DNA from: Escherichia coli
GTDB lineage: Bacteria > Pseudomonadota > Gammaproteobacteria > Enterobacterales > Enterobacteriaceae
Strand: one strand, 5' to 3'
Assembly (NCBI RefSeq): GCF_036507355.1
Contig: NZ_AP027877.1
Length of the DNA: 64,000 bases
The stretch's first letter is position 1. Each line of letters starts with the position of its first letter. Below are positions 1-9,331 of this stretch, piece after piece. The translations under genes and the position numbers were made by a program. The notes under the pieces were generated by a model. That model saw only the letters and a program-made list of their open reading frames with translations, did not search any database and was not told the origin of the DNA.

Positions 1-222
1 GCTATGGCTTAAGTTGAACCATAGCGGCGTTTCCGGCGCGAATGCAGGTTTGCCTTGTTCGCCATAGATGATCTCCGGTAGCGGGGAAAGCGTGTGCGAA
101 AGTAATGCACGCCCCGCCAGCCAGCGTTGGCGTCGTGGACCTTGCGGTGCTTGCTCGCGTAAACCTGGTGGCAGTGGAGCTGCGCTTAAGGTCGAAACTT
201 TCCCCAGAACTATCCGATACAT
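1..222 (-). CDS. acpT: Holo-ACP synthase AcpT, N-terminal 74 codons; gene runs off the window start
   Basis: Minus-strand translation from ATG at 222 reads MYRIVLGKVSTLSAGPLPPGLREQAP..., matching my memory of AcpT; in frame to position 1. Confidence 0.8.
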   Translation of the reverse strand, partial: MYRIVLGKVSTLSAAPLPPGLREQAPQGPRRQRWLAGRALLSHTLSPLPEIIYGEQGKPAFAPETPLWFNLSHS

Positions 223-276
223 ATCAGGGCCAACGTTTAATGGAAAATGAAAGTGCGTATCGTATCACTTGTCGCC

Positions 277-1326
277 TCATCCCGGTAACCGACTTTTCGG
301 TCTGCCCGGCCCCAGTAAAATCGCCAGTTTGCTGCCGCCTTTCGTCGTTTCCATCCAGATTTTACACACGCTGGTTAATGGCACCGAAAGTAGCATCCCT
401 ACCGGGCCGAGCAGCCATCCCCAAATTAACAATGAAAGAAATACCACCATGGTGGACATCCCCAGGCGATGGCCCATCATCCGTGGTTCTAAAATATTGC
501 CGATGACCATATGGACCACTAAAAACAATGCGCCGACCAGAATACATTCGTAAACACCATTAAACAGCAGCACCTGAATCATTGGCGGTACGGCGGAAAT
601 TACCGCGCCGATATTGGGCACGTAGTTGAGCAAAAACGCCAGTACTGCCCACATCAGCGCAAACTGCACCCCCATCAGCTCCAACCCCAGCCAGACGATG
701 ACACCTGTCCATAAACTGAGTAGCGTCTTTAACGCCAGATAATGCGAAACGCCTTTAAGTGCGCGGTGTAATCCTGCGATATGAATCTGTGGATTATTCA
801 ATGCAAAACGCATTTTGTAAGGGACGTGGCGCACTTCAAATAGCATGAAAACAACGGTCATCACCAGCAAAAGTACGCTTGCCATTGCTCCGGACAGCCC
901 GGTCATTAGCGCCGTGGTGAAGGTAACCACTTTTTCCGAGTCCATCCGCTGCAGCATTCGCTCCGGCGACATATGCAAATTAAGAAAAGGCAACATCTCC
1001 TGCAATTTAAAAAGTTTGCGCGTCAGCTCCTTATTAAACTTCGGCAGCATAGAGATAAATTCGTTAAACGATGCCGCCAGTACGCCGACCAGCGCGGTTA
1101 GTGCGATCAGCATCACCACCACTACAATCGTAATGGCAACGGGGCGTTGTACTCCCCGACGAATAAACCAGGTGACGAGCGGGTTGAGGACGATGGCAAA
1201 AAACAGCGCCAGTAACAGCTGCACAATGATATCTGCCGCTGCGTGAATGCCCGCGAGGATCACTACCAGCGAGGCCAGCTTGAGCAGAATGTGCATGCCC
1301 GTTTTATCGGGTTGAGGGGTTTCCAT
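277..1326 (-). CDS. yhhT: AI-2E family transporter YhhT (349 aa)
   Basis: ORF 277..1407; trimmed to the internal Met (METPQPDKTGMHILL...) giving 349 aa; multi-TM protein. Confidence 0.9.
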   Translation of the reverse strand: METPQPDKTGMHILLKLASLVVILAGIHAAADIIVQLLLALFFAIVLNPLVTWFIRRGVQRPVAITIVVVVMLIALTALVGVLAASFNEFISMLPKFNKELTRKLFKLQEMLPFLNLHMSPERMLQRMDSEKVVTFTTALMTGLSGAMASVLLLVMTVVFMLFEVRHVPYKMRFALNNPQIHIAGLHRALKGVSHYLALKTLLSLWTGVIVWLGLELMGVQFALMWAVLAFLLNYVPNIGAVISAVPPMIQVLLFNGVYECILVGALFLVVHMVIGNILEPRMMGHRLGMSTMVVFLSLLIWGWLLGPVGMLLSVPLTSVCKIWMETTKGGSKLAILLGPGRPKSRLPG

Positions 1327-1457
1327 TGGGGCTTCCTTGTGACTTTTTGTATTAAGTGTAGCGGGAGTCACGCCAGCAATATTCTGATTCTTACTGCTGA
1401 TTTTCACGTCAGCACGTGGTAAAAATGAAACACTGTTGTAAAAATGTGGTGATCCTC

Positions 1458-2675
1458 ATGCCCGAACCCGTAGCCGAACCCGCGCTAAACGGATTGCGCC
1501 TGAATTTGCGCATTGTCTCCATTGTCATGTTTAACTTCGCCAGCTACCTCACCATCGGGTTGCCGCTCGCTGTATTACCGGGCTATGTCCATGATGTGAT
1601 GGGCTTTAGCGCTTTCTGGGCAGGATTGGTTATCAGCCTGCAATACTTCGCCACCTTGCTGAGCCGCCCTCATGCCGGACGTTACGCCGATTTGCTGGGA
1701 CCCAAAAAGATTGTCGTCTTCGGTTTATGCGGCTGCTTTTTGAGCGGTCTGGGATATCTGACGGCAGGATTAACCGCCAGTCTGCCCGTCATCAGCCTGT
1801 TATTACTTTGCCTGGGACGCGTCATCCTTGGGATTGGGCAAAGTTTTGCCGGAACGGGATCGACCCTGTGGGGCGTTGGCGTGGTTGGCTCGCTGCATAT
1901 CGGGCGGGTGATTTCGTGGAACGGCATTGTCACTTATGGGGCGATGGCGATGGGTGCGCCGTTAGGCGTCGTGTTTTATCACTGGGGCGGCTTGCAGGCG
2001 TTAGCGTTAATCATTATGGCCGTGGCGCTGGTGGCCATTTTGTTGGCGCTCCCGCGTCCGACGGTAAAAGCCAGTAAAGGCAAACCGCTGCCGTTTCGCG
2101 CGGTGCTTGGGCGCGTCTGGCTGTACGGTATGGCGCTGGCACTGGCTTCCGCCGGGTTTGGCGTCATCGCCACCTTTATCACGCTGTTTTATGACGCTAA
2201 AGGTTGGGACGGTGCGGCTTTCGCGCTGACGCTGTTTAGCTGTGCGTTTGTCGGTACGCGTTTGTTATTCCCTAACGGCATTAACCGTATCGGCGGCTTA
2301 AACGTAGCGATGATTTGCTTTAGCGTTGAGATAATCGGCCTGCTACTGGTTGGCGTGGCGACTATGCCGTGGATGGCGAAAATCGGCGTCTTACTGGCGG
2401 GGGCCGGGTTTTCGCTGGTGTTCCCGGCATTGGGTGTAGTGGCGGTAAAAGCGGTTCCGCAGCAAAATCAGGGGGCGGCGCTGGCAACTTACACCGTATT
2501 TATGGATTTATCGCTTGGCGTGACCGGACCACTGGCTGGGCTGGTGATGAGCTGGGCGGGCGTACCGGTGATTTATCTGGCGGCGGCGGGACTGGTCGCA
2601 ATCGCGTTATTACTGACGTGGCGATTAAAAAAACGGCCTCCGGAACACGTCCCTGAGGCCGCCTCATCATCTTAA
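1458..2675 (+). CDS. yhhS: MFS transporter YhhS (405 aa)
   Basis: ORF 1416..2675; start set at MPEPVAEPALNG; hydrophobic 12-TM-like sequence. Confidence 0.9.
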   Translation: MPEPVAEPALNGLRLNLRIVSIVMFNFASYLTIGLPLAVLPGYVHDVMGFSAFWAGLVISLQYFATLLSRPHAGRYADLLGPKKIVVFGLCGCFLSGLGYLTAGLTASLPVISLLLLCLGRVILGIGQSFAGTGSTLWGVGVVGSLHIGRVISWNGIVTYGAMAMGAPLGVVFYHWGGLQALALIIMAVALVAILLALPRPTVKASKGKPLPFRAVLGRVWLYGMALALASAGFGVIATFITLFYDAKGWDGAAFALTLFSCAFVGTRLLFPNGINRIGGLNVAMICFSVEIIGLLLVGVATMPWMAKIGVLLAGAGFSLVFPALGVVAVKAVPQQNQGAALATYTVFMDLSLGVTGPLAGLVMSWAGVPVIYLAAAGLVAIALLLTWRLKKRPPEHVPEAASSS

Positions 2676-2678
2676 AAC

Positions 2679-3236
2679 TTACTGAATAACCAGCGTATTA
2701 ATGATGTTTTCTGCGGTTGTCTGCGCTTTTTGCTGATCGTCAGCTGGCAGCGTAATTTGCATGGTTAGCAGTTGATTACCCACGTTACCCAGAATAACGG
2801 AAGAGTACGCCGTCTGGCCTTTCGCGGAGATAATACTGTCTAACTGCTGCATTTTGTGACCTTTCAGCTCAATGGCTTTATTGGTTACCACTTGCAGCTG
2901 CGGATCGCGGCTACGTTGCTGATCTTCCAGACGCTTCGCCAGCACCGCCAGATCTTCTTTCGGATCATCGCCCATGATGACGATGACTGCTTTCTGCCCG
3001 GTGGCGTCGGACCAGACATGCATGTTATTGGCCTGCGTTCCCAGCTTACCGCTCTGGTCGGTCATATCCGCTGGCAGCGAGAAACTTAACTTGCCATCAA
3101 GCAGGTTGACGGGATTCCCGGTAGCGTTACTTTCCGCGACCGAACCCTGCGCCGTAGCGTTAGTGTCTTTATCATCACAGGCCGCAAGCCCCATAACCAG
3201 CAGGCCAATTCCGACATATTTAACCAGATTGCGCAT
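2679..3236 (-). CDS. dcrB: Periplasmic lipoprotein DcrB (185 aa)
   Basis: ORF 2679..3290 trimmed to [20 protein letters not shown] (lipobox). Confidence 0.9.
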
Positions 3237-3308
3237 TGACTTCTTCCTTTCGATAAACGGCCATAACGGCTCATTCATCCATCTTATCACAACTCTGATA
3301 ACGAACCT

Positions 3309-3974
3309 TTAACTCGCCTGCAAAGCGTTGATTTCGGATTTATCTGCCAGTCTTTTCAACAGCATATTGAGTAATACGCCATACATTGGCAGGAAGAAAA
3401 CGATACTGATTAACACTTTGAAACAGTAATCGACCAGCGCGATTTCCATCCAGTGTTCAGCCATAAAGGCATCCGGGCTACGCCAGAAGGCAATGAAGAA
3501 AAAGGCCAGCGTGTCGCTGACGTTACCGAACAGTGTGGACGCTGTCGGTGCCAGCCACCAGCGGCGACTCTGACGCAGGCGGTTAAAAACGTGCACGTCG
3601 AGGATCTGCCCCAGCGCGTAGGCCATGAAACTGGCGGTGGCGATACGGGCGACAAACAGGTTGAAGTGGGCGAGTGCGCCGAATCCCTGCCATGAACCCA
3701 TATAGAATAGCGACGAGATGACGTAGGAGATCAGCAACGCCGGGATCATCACCGCAAAGATGATACGACGGGCCAGCGGTGCGCCAAAAATACGCACGGT
3801 CAGGTCGGTAGCGAGAAAGATAAACGGAAAGCTAAACGCGCCCCAGGTGGTATGGAAACCAAAAATGGAGACGGGAAGCTGAACCAGATAGTTACTGGAG
3901 GTGATCACCAGCAGATGAAATAACGATAACCAGAACAACGCCTTATAGCGTTGAGTTTGCGAGAAAACGTTCAT
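3309..3974 (-). CDS. yhhQ: Queuosine precursor transporter YhhQ (221 aa)
   Basis: 221-aa multi-TM ORF in the conserved position. Confidence 0.9.
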   Translation of the reverse strand: MNVFSQTQRYKALFWLSLFHLLVITSSNYLVQLPVSIFGFHTTWGAFSFPFIFLATDLTVRIFGAPLARRIIFAVMIPALLISYVISSLFYMGSWQGFGALAHFNLFVARIATASFMAYALGQILDVHVFNRLRQSRRWWLAPTASTLFGNVSDTLAFFFIAFWRSPDAFMAEHWMEIALVDYCFKVLISIVFFLPMYGVLLNMLLKRLADKSEINALQAS

Positions 3975-4194
3975 ATTGTACCTTTTTGATTAACCATTGG
4001 GGTGAGGGAACCCAATACGTACGACACGTCTGTTACCTTAACATAATAACGTGCTTACCCTTTTTTCGAGCCGCCGCATGATACTGCTTTACGTTGACAA
4101 TGCAATGGTTAATTTTCACGCAATCGTTAACCTGATTTGCTTACGGACTCACAGGGCGTAAACTAGCGCCGTTTTTTTATGTGATGAGAAGAAA

Positions 4195-4440
4195 ATGACC
4201 GATCTCTTTTCCAGCCCTGACCACACACTCGACGCACTTGGCCTGCGCTGCCCGGAACCCGTAATGATGGTGCGCAAAACAGTGCGCAATATGCAGCCAG
4301 GTGAAACGTTGCTGATTATTGCTGACGATCCGGCGACGACCCGCGATATTCCTGGGTTTTGTACCTTTATGGAACACGAACTGGTTGCTAAAGAGACGGA
4401 TGGACTGCCTTATCGCTATTTGATTCGTAAAGGTGGTTAA
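4195..4440 (+). CDS. tusA: Sulfur carrier protein TusA (81 aa)
   Basis: [23 protein letters not shown]... with the CPxP motif. Confidence 0.95.
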
Positions 4441-4525
4441 GGTGGATCACGGACTGTTACCCTAACCCTCTCCCCAGAGGGGCGAGGGGACCGATCGCAC
4501 TCAATGTTGCTGCTTGAAACCGGTA

Positions 4526-4566
4526 CGTAGGACGGATAAGGCGTTCACGCCGCATCCGGCAAGCAA
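4526..4566. repeat. REP (repetitive extragenic palindrome) in the tusA-zntA spacer
   Basis: gtaggacggataaggcgttcacgccgcatccggcaagcaag, typical REP consensus. Confidence 0.7.
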
Positions 4567-4584
4567 GTGTAATGGAATACACAA

Positions 4585-4893
4585 ATGGATTATTTAATTC
4601 CTGTTTGCCTGGGATTGCTGGGATTGTTCGCGATGCTCGCCCCCAATTGGCTGATGCCTGTTTTAATCGCCGTGGGGGGATGGCTGGGGGTACTTGCCTG
4701 TGGTTGGCTCTGGCTAATGCTATTTTTACCTTTACTCAACGGCGTCGGGCTTGCTTATGCCCTGTGGTTGATGTTCAAAAGGCCATCATTCACGTCCCGC
4801 TTGGTTGCTACATGTTGTGTTATCTCCGTCATTCTGATGTTAGCGCTTTATTATGCTTTCCTGACCATGCCGCCGTTCCCGCCTCAGCACTAA
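4585..4893 (+). CDS. Hypothetical small membrane protein (102 aa)
   Basis: ATG-initiated ORF, strongly hydrophobic with 3 predicted TM helices, CTG-rich codon use; sits between convergent tusA and zntA; no recognised homolog. Confidence 0.35.
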   Translation: MDYLIPVCLGLLGLFAMLAPNWLMPVLIAVGGWLGVLACGWLWLMLFLPLLNGVGLAYALWLMFKRPSFTSRLVATCCVISVILMLALYYAFLTMPPFPPQH

Positions 4894-4925
4894 GCCTGAT
4901 AGCCAGAGGCTATCAGGCAACACCT

Positions 4926-7124
4926 TTACTTCCTGCGCAACAACCTTAACGCATTCGCCGTCACCAGCACCGTCGCACCCGTATCTGCCAGCACCGCCAG
5001 CCACAGTCCGGTCATCCCCAACAGCGTCGTGACGAGGAAGATCCCTTTCAGCCCCAGTGCAATAGTGATGTTCTGACGGATATTAGCGTGAGTGGCGCGC
5101 GCCAGTTCAACCATTTGCACCAGACCGCGCAGGTGGTTATGGGTTAATGCCGCGTCGGCGGTTTCCAGTGCGACGTCTGTGCCGCTACCCATTGCAATCC
5201 CAATGGCGGCAGCTTTCATCGCTGGCGCGTCGTTAATACCGTCCCCGACCATCGCCAGCGGCGCATGTTGATTCAGCTCGGTCACCGCTTTAACTTTATC
5301 TTCCGGCAACAGGCCCGCTTTAAATTCCAGCCCCAGTTCCCCGGCGATTGCCGCCGCGGCGCGTGGATTATCGCCGGTGAGGATCACTCCTTTGACGCCC
5401 AGCGCGTTCAGTTCACTGATGGCAGTTGCAGCATCGGCGCGCAGAGTATCCTGCAATGCAATGATACCCAGCACGTCATCGTTACGTACTACCAGCACTA
5501 CCGTTTGCCCGGCGCTTTCCAGCTCGTTAATTAAACCAGCAAATGCATCAGCGGGATGTTTCCCGGCAGCGCATATCAACACGCGCTCACCGTTAACCTG
5601 TGCTTCAATGCCAGACCCGACCAGCGCCCGCTGTGATTCGGCGGCGGGAATGGCGAGTGCAGCAACCTGTGCTTCGCGCACGATGGCCTGCGCCAGTGGA
5701 TGCGTCGCGCCTTGCTCGACCGCCGCCGCCAGTGTCAGCAGTTCAGATTCACTAATACCCGTTGCCGGATGAATCGCGGTAACGCGCGGTTTACCGACGG
5801 TCAGCGTACCGGTTTTATCAAACGCCACTTGGGTAACACGACCTAGCTGCTCCAGCGCCGCACCGCCTTTAATTAACGCCCCACGACGTGCCGCTGCTGC
5901 CAGCCCGGAGGTAATCGCCGCGGGCGTGGAGATAACTAACGCACACGGGCAGCCAATCAGCAGCAGCGTCAGCCCTTTATAAATCCACTCTTGCCAGCTG
6001 GCGGCAAACAGCAGCGGCGGCACCAGCGTTACCAGCAGGGCGACGGCCATAATCGCTGGCGTATAAATACGGCTGAAACGGTCGATAAACCGCTCAATGG
6101 GGGCGCGGCGCTCTTCGGCTTCTTCGATCAGTTTCAGAATCCGGTCAATGGCGCTGGCACCCGGTTCTGACAGCACTTCCAGCGTTACCAGACGGTCTAC
6201 GCTGGTGGCTCCTGCAGGAACTTTATCGCCCGTTGCGCGCTCCACCGGAATGGATTCGCCGGTCAGGGCGCTTTCATCAAAACTGGCAAAGGGCGAGAGC
6301 AGTTTACCGTCGGCAGGCAAACGCCCGCCCGCCGCAACTTCAATCACATCGCCAGGCCGCAGGCTGTTAATCGCCACCTCTTCCCGCTCACCGTTACGCA
6401 GGCGCGTGGCGGTTTCTGGTTTCAGCGCCATTAACGCGCTAACGCCCTGACGCGCGCGGCTGGCGGCCCAGCCTTCCAGTCGTTCACCAATCAAAAACAG
6501 CAGCAACACCATCGCAGCTTCAGCCGTTGCGCCAATAAACAGCGCACCAATAGCAGCTACGCTCATTAACGTTTCAATGGCGAAGTAACTGCCTGATTTG
6601 ATCAGCCGTAATGCCTGACGAGCAATCGGGTACAGCCCAACCAGCGTGGTCGCGATAAACGCCAGTTGCCCGAACGGATGATTGAACTGCTCCAGACCCC
6701 AGCTGATTACCATCATCACGATAAGCGTAATCAGCGACAAATTCTCTTTCAGGCGTGATGTTTGCGGTTCTTCGGCGGACTGTTCATCGCGCAGGGAATA
6801 GCCCGCTTTTTGCACCGCAGATTCAACTTGTGCACGGATGTCATTGTCGGCATCAACCACCAGTTTTTCGGTGGCGAACAGTACCTGCACCTGATTCACG
6901 CCTGCAAGCTGGCGCACGGCATTTTCTACCTTGCGCGCACAGGCGGCGCAGTCCATGCCGCTGACTTTCCAGCTATAGCGGGTGCCGGAGACGTTTTCAG
7001 AGAGCGTTGGCGTGCTGGAACATGCGCCGTCGCAGCAACAGTCGTTGGCGTTCTGTACCGTGGTTAGCGGTTTGAACGCAGCAAATTGAGGGGCTTTCTT
7101 GCCGTGATTGTCAGGAGTCGACAT
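4926..7124 (-). CDS. zntA: Zn/Cd/Pb-exporting P-type ATPase ZntA (732 aa)
   Basis: 732 aa; N-terminal metal-binding CxxC region, CPC transmembrane motif, DKTGT phosphorylation motif. Confidence 0.95.
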   Translation of the reverse strand: MSTPDNHGKKAPQFAAFKPLTTVQNANDCCCDGACSSTPTLSENVSGTRYSWKVSGMDCAACARKVENAVRQLAGVNQVQVLFATEKLVVDADNDIRAQVESAVQKAGYSLRDEQSAEEPQTSRLKENLSLITLIVMMVISWGLEQFNHPFGQLAFIATTLVGLYPIARQALRLIKSGSYFAIETLMSVAAIGALFIGATAEAAMVLLLFLIGERLEGWAASRARQGVSALMALKPETATRLRNGEREEVAINSLRPGDVIEVAAGGRLPADGKLLSPFASFDESALTGESIPVERATGDKVPAGATSVDRLVTLEVLSEPGASAIDRILKLIEEAEERRAPIERFIDRFSRIYTPAIMAVALLVTLVPPLLFAASWQEWIYKGLTLLLIGCPCALVISTPAAITSGLAAAARRGALIKGGAALEQLGRVTQVAFDKTGTLTVGKPRVTAIHPATGISESELLTLAAAVEQGATHPLAQAIVREAQVAALAIPAAESQRALVGSGIEAQVNGERVLICAAGKHPADAFAGLINELESAGQTVVLVVRNDDVLGIIALQDTLRADAATAISELNALGVKGVILTGDNPRAAAAIAGELGLEFKAGLLPEDKVKAVTELNQHAPLAMVGDGINDAPAMKAAAIGIAMGSGTDVALETADAALTHNHLRGLVQMVELARATHANIRQNITIALGLKGIFLVTTLLGMTGLWLAVLADTGATVLVTANALRLLRRK

Positions 7125-7166
7125 GGCATCCTCCGGTTAAGTTTTTTCTCATTAACCGAAGGATAC

Positions 7167-7188
7167 ACTCTGGAGTCGACTCCAGAGT
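7167..7188. promoter_or_regulatory. ZntR (MerR-family) operator palindrome in the zntA promoter
   Basis: Perfect inverted repeat actctggagtcgactccagagt directly upstream of the zntA start. Confidence 0.8.
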
Positions 7189-7197
7189 CAAGTTTTA

Positions 7198-7824
7198 TCA
7201 GAGATACAGCGAGCGGACGATGAGGAAGTGACCGGCAAAGTAGCAGGCCGCAGCAATCGCGTTATCCGCACGGAAGCGTCGGCGATAGTGGCTACCCAGC
7301 CAGACAAAGTTACTGATAAACAGCAACGAAGCGCCGACAAACGCAGAGAGTGCCGGAGCGGTCGGACGGAAGAACCACAGTTCACCTGCCAGCCACACCA
7401 TCACCAGCGTCATGCCGATAAACGTGCAGATGGGCCAACGATACTCTTCCAGCCGCGTCCAGATAATCGCCAGTAACAGCGCGCCCAGAACCAGCAACAC
7501 CAGTGGTAGAGGCCAGAAGAAAGAGAGCGTCATCTGACTGGCGAAATAGATGGTGTACAGCAGGTGCGAGAGGAAAAACGCGCCGATGGCGTACATCAGA
7601 CGTTGACGTGGCAACAGGGTTAGCGCATCGCCCAGCAGTGAGGCGCACAGCCCTGCCAGCACCAGATAGCTAATGGCGTCGAACATCGGCGCTTGCCAGG
7701 CCAGTAACAACAGGAGAAGAAGGGTTAACGGTTTAAACACCCAGCGTTGCCAGGTTGGCCCACGATACGATGCATCCACAGATAGCCATGCGGAAAGACA
7801 GACAGCGATAAACGACCAAAGCAT
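7198..7824 (-). CDS. yhhN: Inner membrane protein YhhN (208 aa)
   Basis: 208-aa multi-TM ORF in conserved position. Confidence 0.9.
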
Positions 7825-7964
7825 CTTAGTTCCTTGAATTCGTTATTTTTTCGTAAGCGGAATGCCTACGGTCTTGCTTCCAGTTTAGTGGCGAGGGTGG
7901 ACGGATGACAACACCATAACTGGCAGGGTATGCTTAATTCCGCATTTTCCGATGAGGGATAAAG

Positions 7965-8324
7965 ATGAGCAAACCACCTCTTTTCTTTATTGTTATCATT
8001 GGCTTAATCATCGTCGCCGCATCGTTTCGTTTTATGCAACAGCGACGGGAAAAAGCTGATAATGATATGGCACCGCTCCAGCAAAAGCTGGTGGTGGTGA
8101 GCAACAAGCGGGAAAAACCGATTAACGATCGCCGTTCGCGCCAGCAGGAAGTGACTCCGGCAGGCACCAGTATGCGCTATGAGGCAAGCTTCAAACCGCA
8201 AAGCGGAGGAATGGAGCAGACGTTTCGCCTCGACGCCCAGCAGTACCACGCCCTGACAGTGGGCGATAAAGGTACGCTGAGCTATAAAGGAACGCGCTTT
8301 GTTAGCTTTGTTGGCGAACAATAA
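7965..8324 (+). CDS. yhhM: DUF2500 protein YhhM (119 aa)
   Basis: 119-aa ORF with N-terminal TM segment, conserved position. Confidence 0.9.
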   Translation: MSKPPLFFIVIIGLIIVAASFRFMQQRREKADNDMAPLQQKLVVVSNKREKPINDRRSRQQEVTPAGTSMRYEASFKPQSGGMEQTFRLDAQQYHALTVGDKGTLSYKGTRFVSFVGEQ

Positions 8325-8326
8325 GG

Positions 8327-8596
8327 TTATTTTTTAACTTTAAATTTCTTCTGCCAGACCAGCAGTTCAAACACGCCGAAAAGGAAAATCCGCACCTTTT
8401 CGGCGGTGGTCATCTGCGGGCCATCTTTCGGTAAAGTGGATTTCAATAGCGCCAGCTGCATACCATGCATCAGCACGGTAAAAATCAGCGCCACGTTAAC
8501 GAAAATATTCAGCGGGCGCGGGAAGGGATGCACCAGGTTGAGGATTAAAAATCCCCAAACGCAGAGCATTAACAAACGACCAATATTAATCAGCAT
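8327..8596 (-). CDS. yhhL: DUF1145 membrane protein YhhL (89 aa)
   Basis: ORF 8327..8719 trimmed to MLINIGRLLMLCVWGF...; start overlaps the rsmD 3-prime end by 11 nt. Confidence 0.8.
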   Translation of the reverse strand: MLINIGRLLMLCVWGFLILNLVHPFPRPLNIFVNVALIFTVLMHGMQLALLKSTLPKDGPQMTTAEKVRIFLFGVFELLVWQKKFKVKK

Positions 8597-9182
8597 CACT
8601 TTCTCCTTGTGCTTCGCGTTGATATAGCCGATAAGCCACCTGACCCGCCACTTTTTCCCGATGTAATGACCAGTTTGCCGGAACAGTGGGCAGACCGTTT
8701 TCGACTTCGCTTTCGACATAAATCAGGGCTTCGTCAGCCAGCCAGCCGTTATCTTCCAGTAAATTTATCGTCTCTTCTAACAAGCCACGGCGGAACGGTG
8801 GATCGACAAACACGATATTATGCGGTGTGCCTTTTTGCGCCAGGAATGACATCGCGTTGCTGTTCACCACGCGTGCATTGCCTGCTTTTAGTGTCGCCAG
8901 ATTCTTAATTAACTGCTGAGAAACTGCACGATCCATCTCAATCAACGTGGCCCCCGCAGCGTAGCGTGATAACGCTTCCAGCCCCAGCGCGCCGCTTCCG
9001 GCGAAGCAATCCAGACATTGGGCGTCAACAATGACCGGAGCCAGCCAGTTAAATAACGTTTCGCGTACGCGGTCGGTGGTGGGGCGCAGACCTGGGCTAT
9101 CAGGAACCGGGAGTTTACGGCCTCGCCACTGCCCGCCAATAATGCGGATTTGGCCGCTGCCGGAATGATTCGGTTTTTTCAT
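8586..9182 (-). CDS. rsmD: 16S rRNA m2G966 methyltransferase RsmD (198 aa)
   Basis: MKKPNHSGSGQIRIIGGQWRGRKL...; SAM-methyltransferase motifs. Confidence 0.95.
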   Translation of the reverse strand: MKKPNHSGSGQIRIIGGQWRGRKLPVPDSPGLRPTTDRVRETLFNWLAPVIVDAQCLDCFAGSGALGLEALSRYAAGATLIEMDRAVSQQLIKNLATLKAGNARVVNSNAMSFLAQKGTPHNIVFVDPPFRRGLLEETINLLEDNGWLADEALIYVESEVENGLPTVPANWSLHREKVAGQVAYRLYQREAQGESDAD

Positions 9183-9331
9183 GATAAATTGCTCAATCCG
9201 CCAGATAACACATACTTGCAGGCGGTGATGTGAATTAAGTTAAGTGATAGACTATTTCATCATTTTTTTAGCTGCTATGTACATAGCGTTAACGCTGTGC
9301 CATGAAGCAACAGCGAGGAGTGTAGTCGCAA

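Noticed and set aside
68-553. Plus-strand ORFs 68..250, 105..506 and 269..553
   Set aside because: They overlap the acpT N-terminus and the yhhT 3-prime end on the opposite strand; no independent support.
5377-7067. Several 100-130 aa plus-strand ORFs
   Set aside because: All lie inside zntA on the antisense strand.
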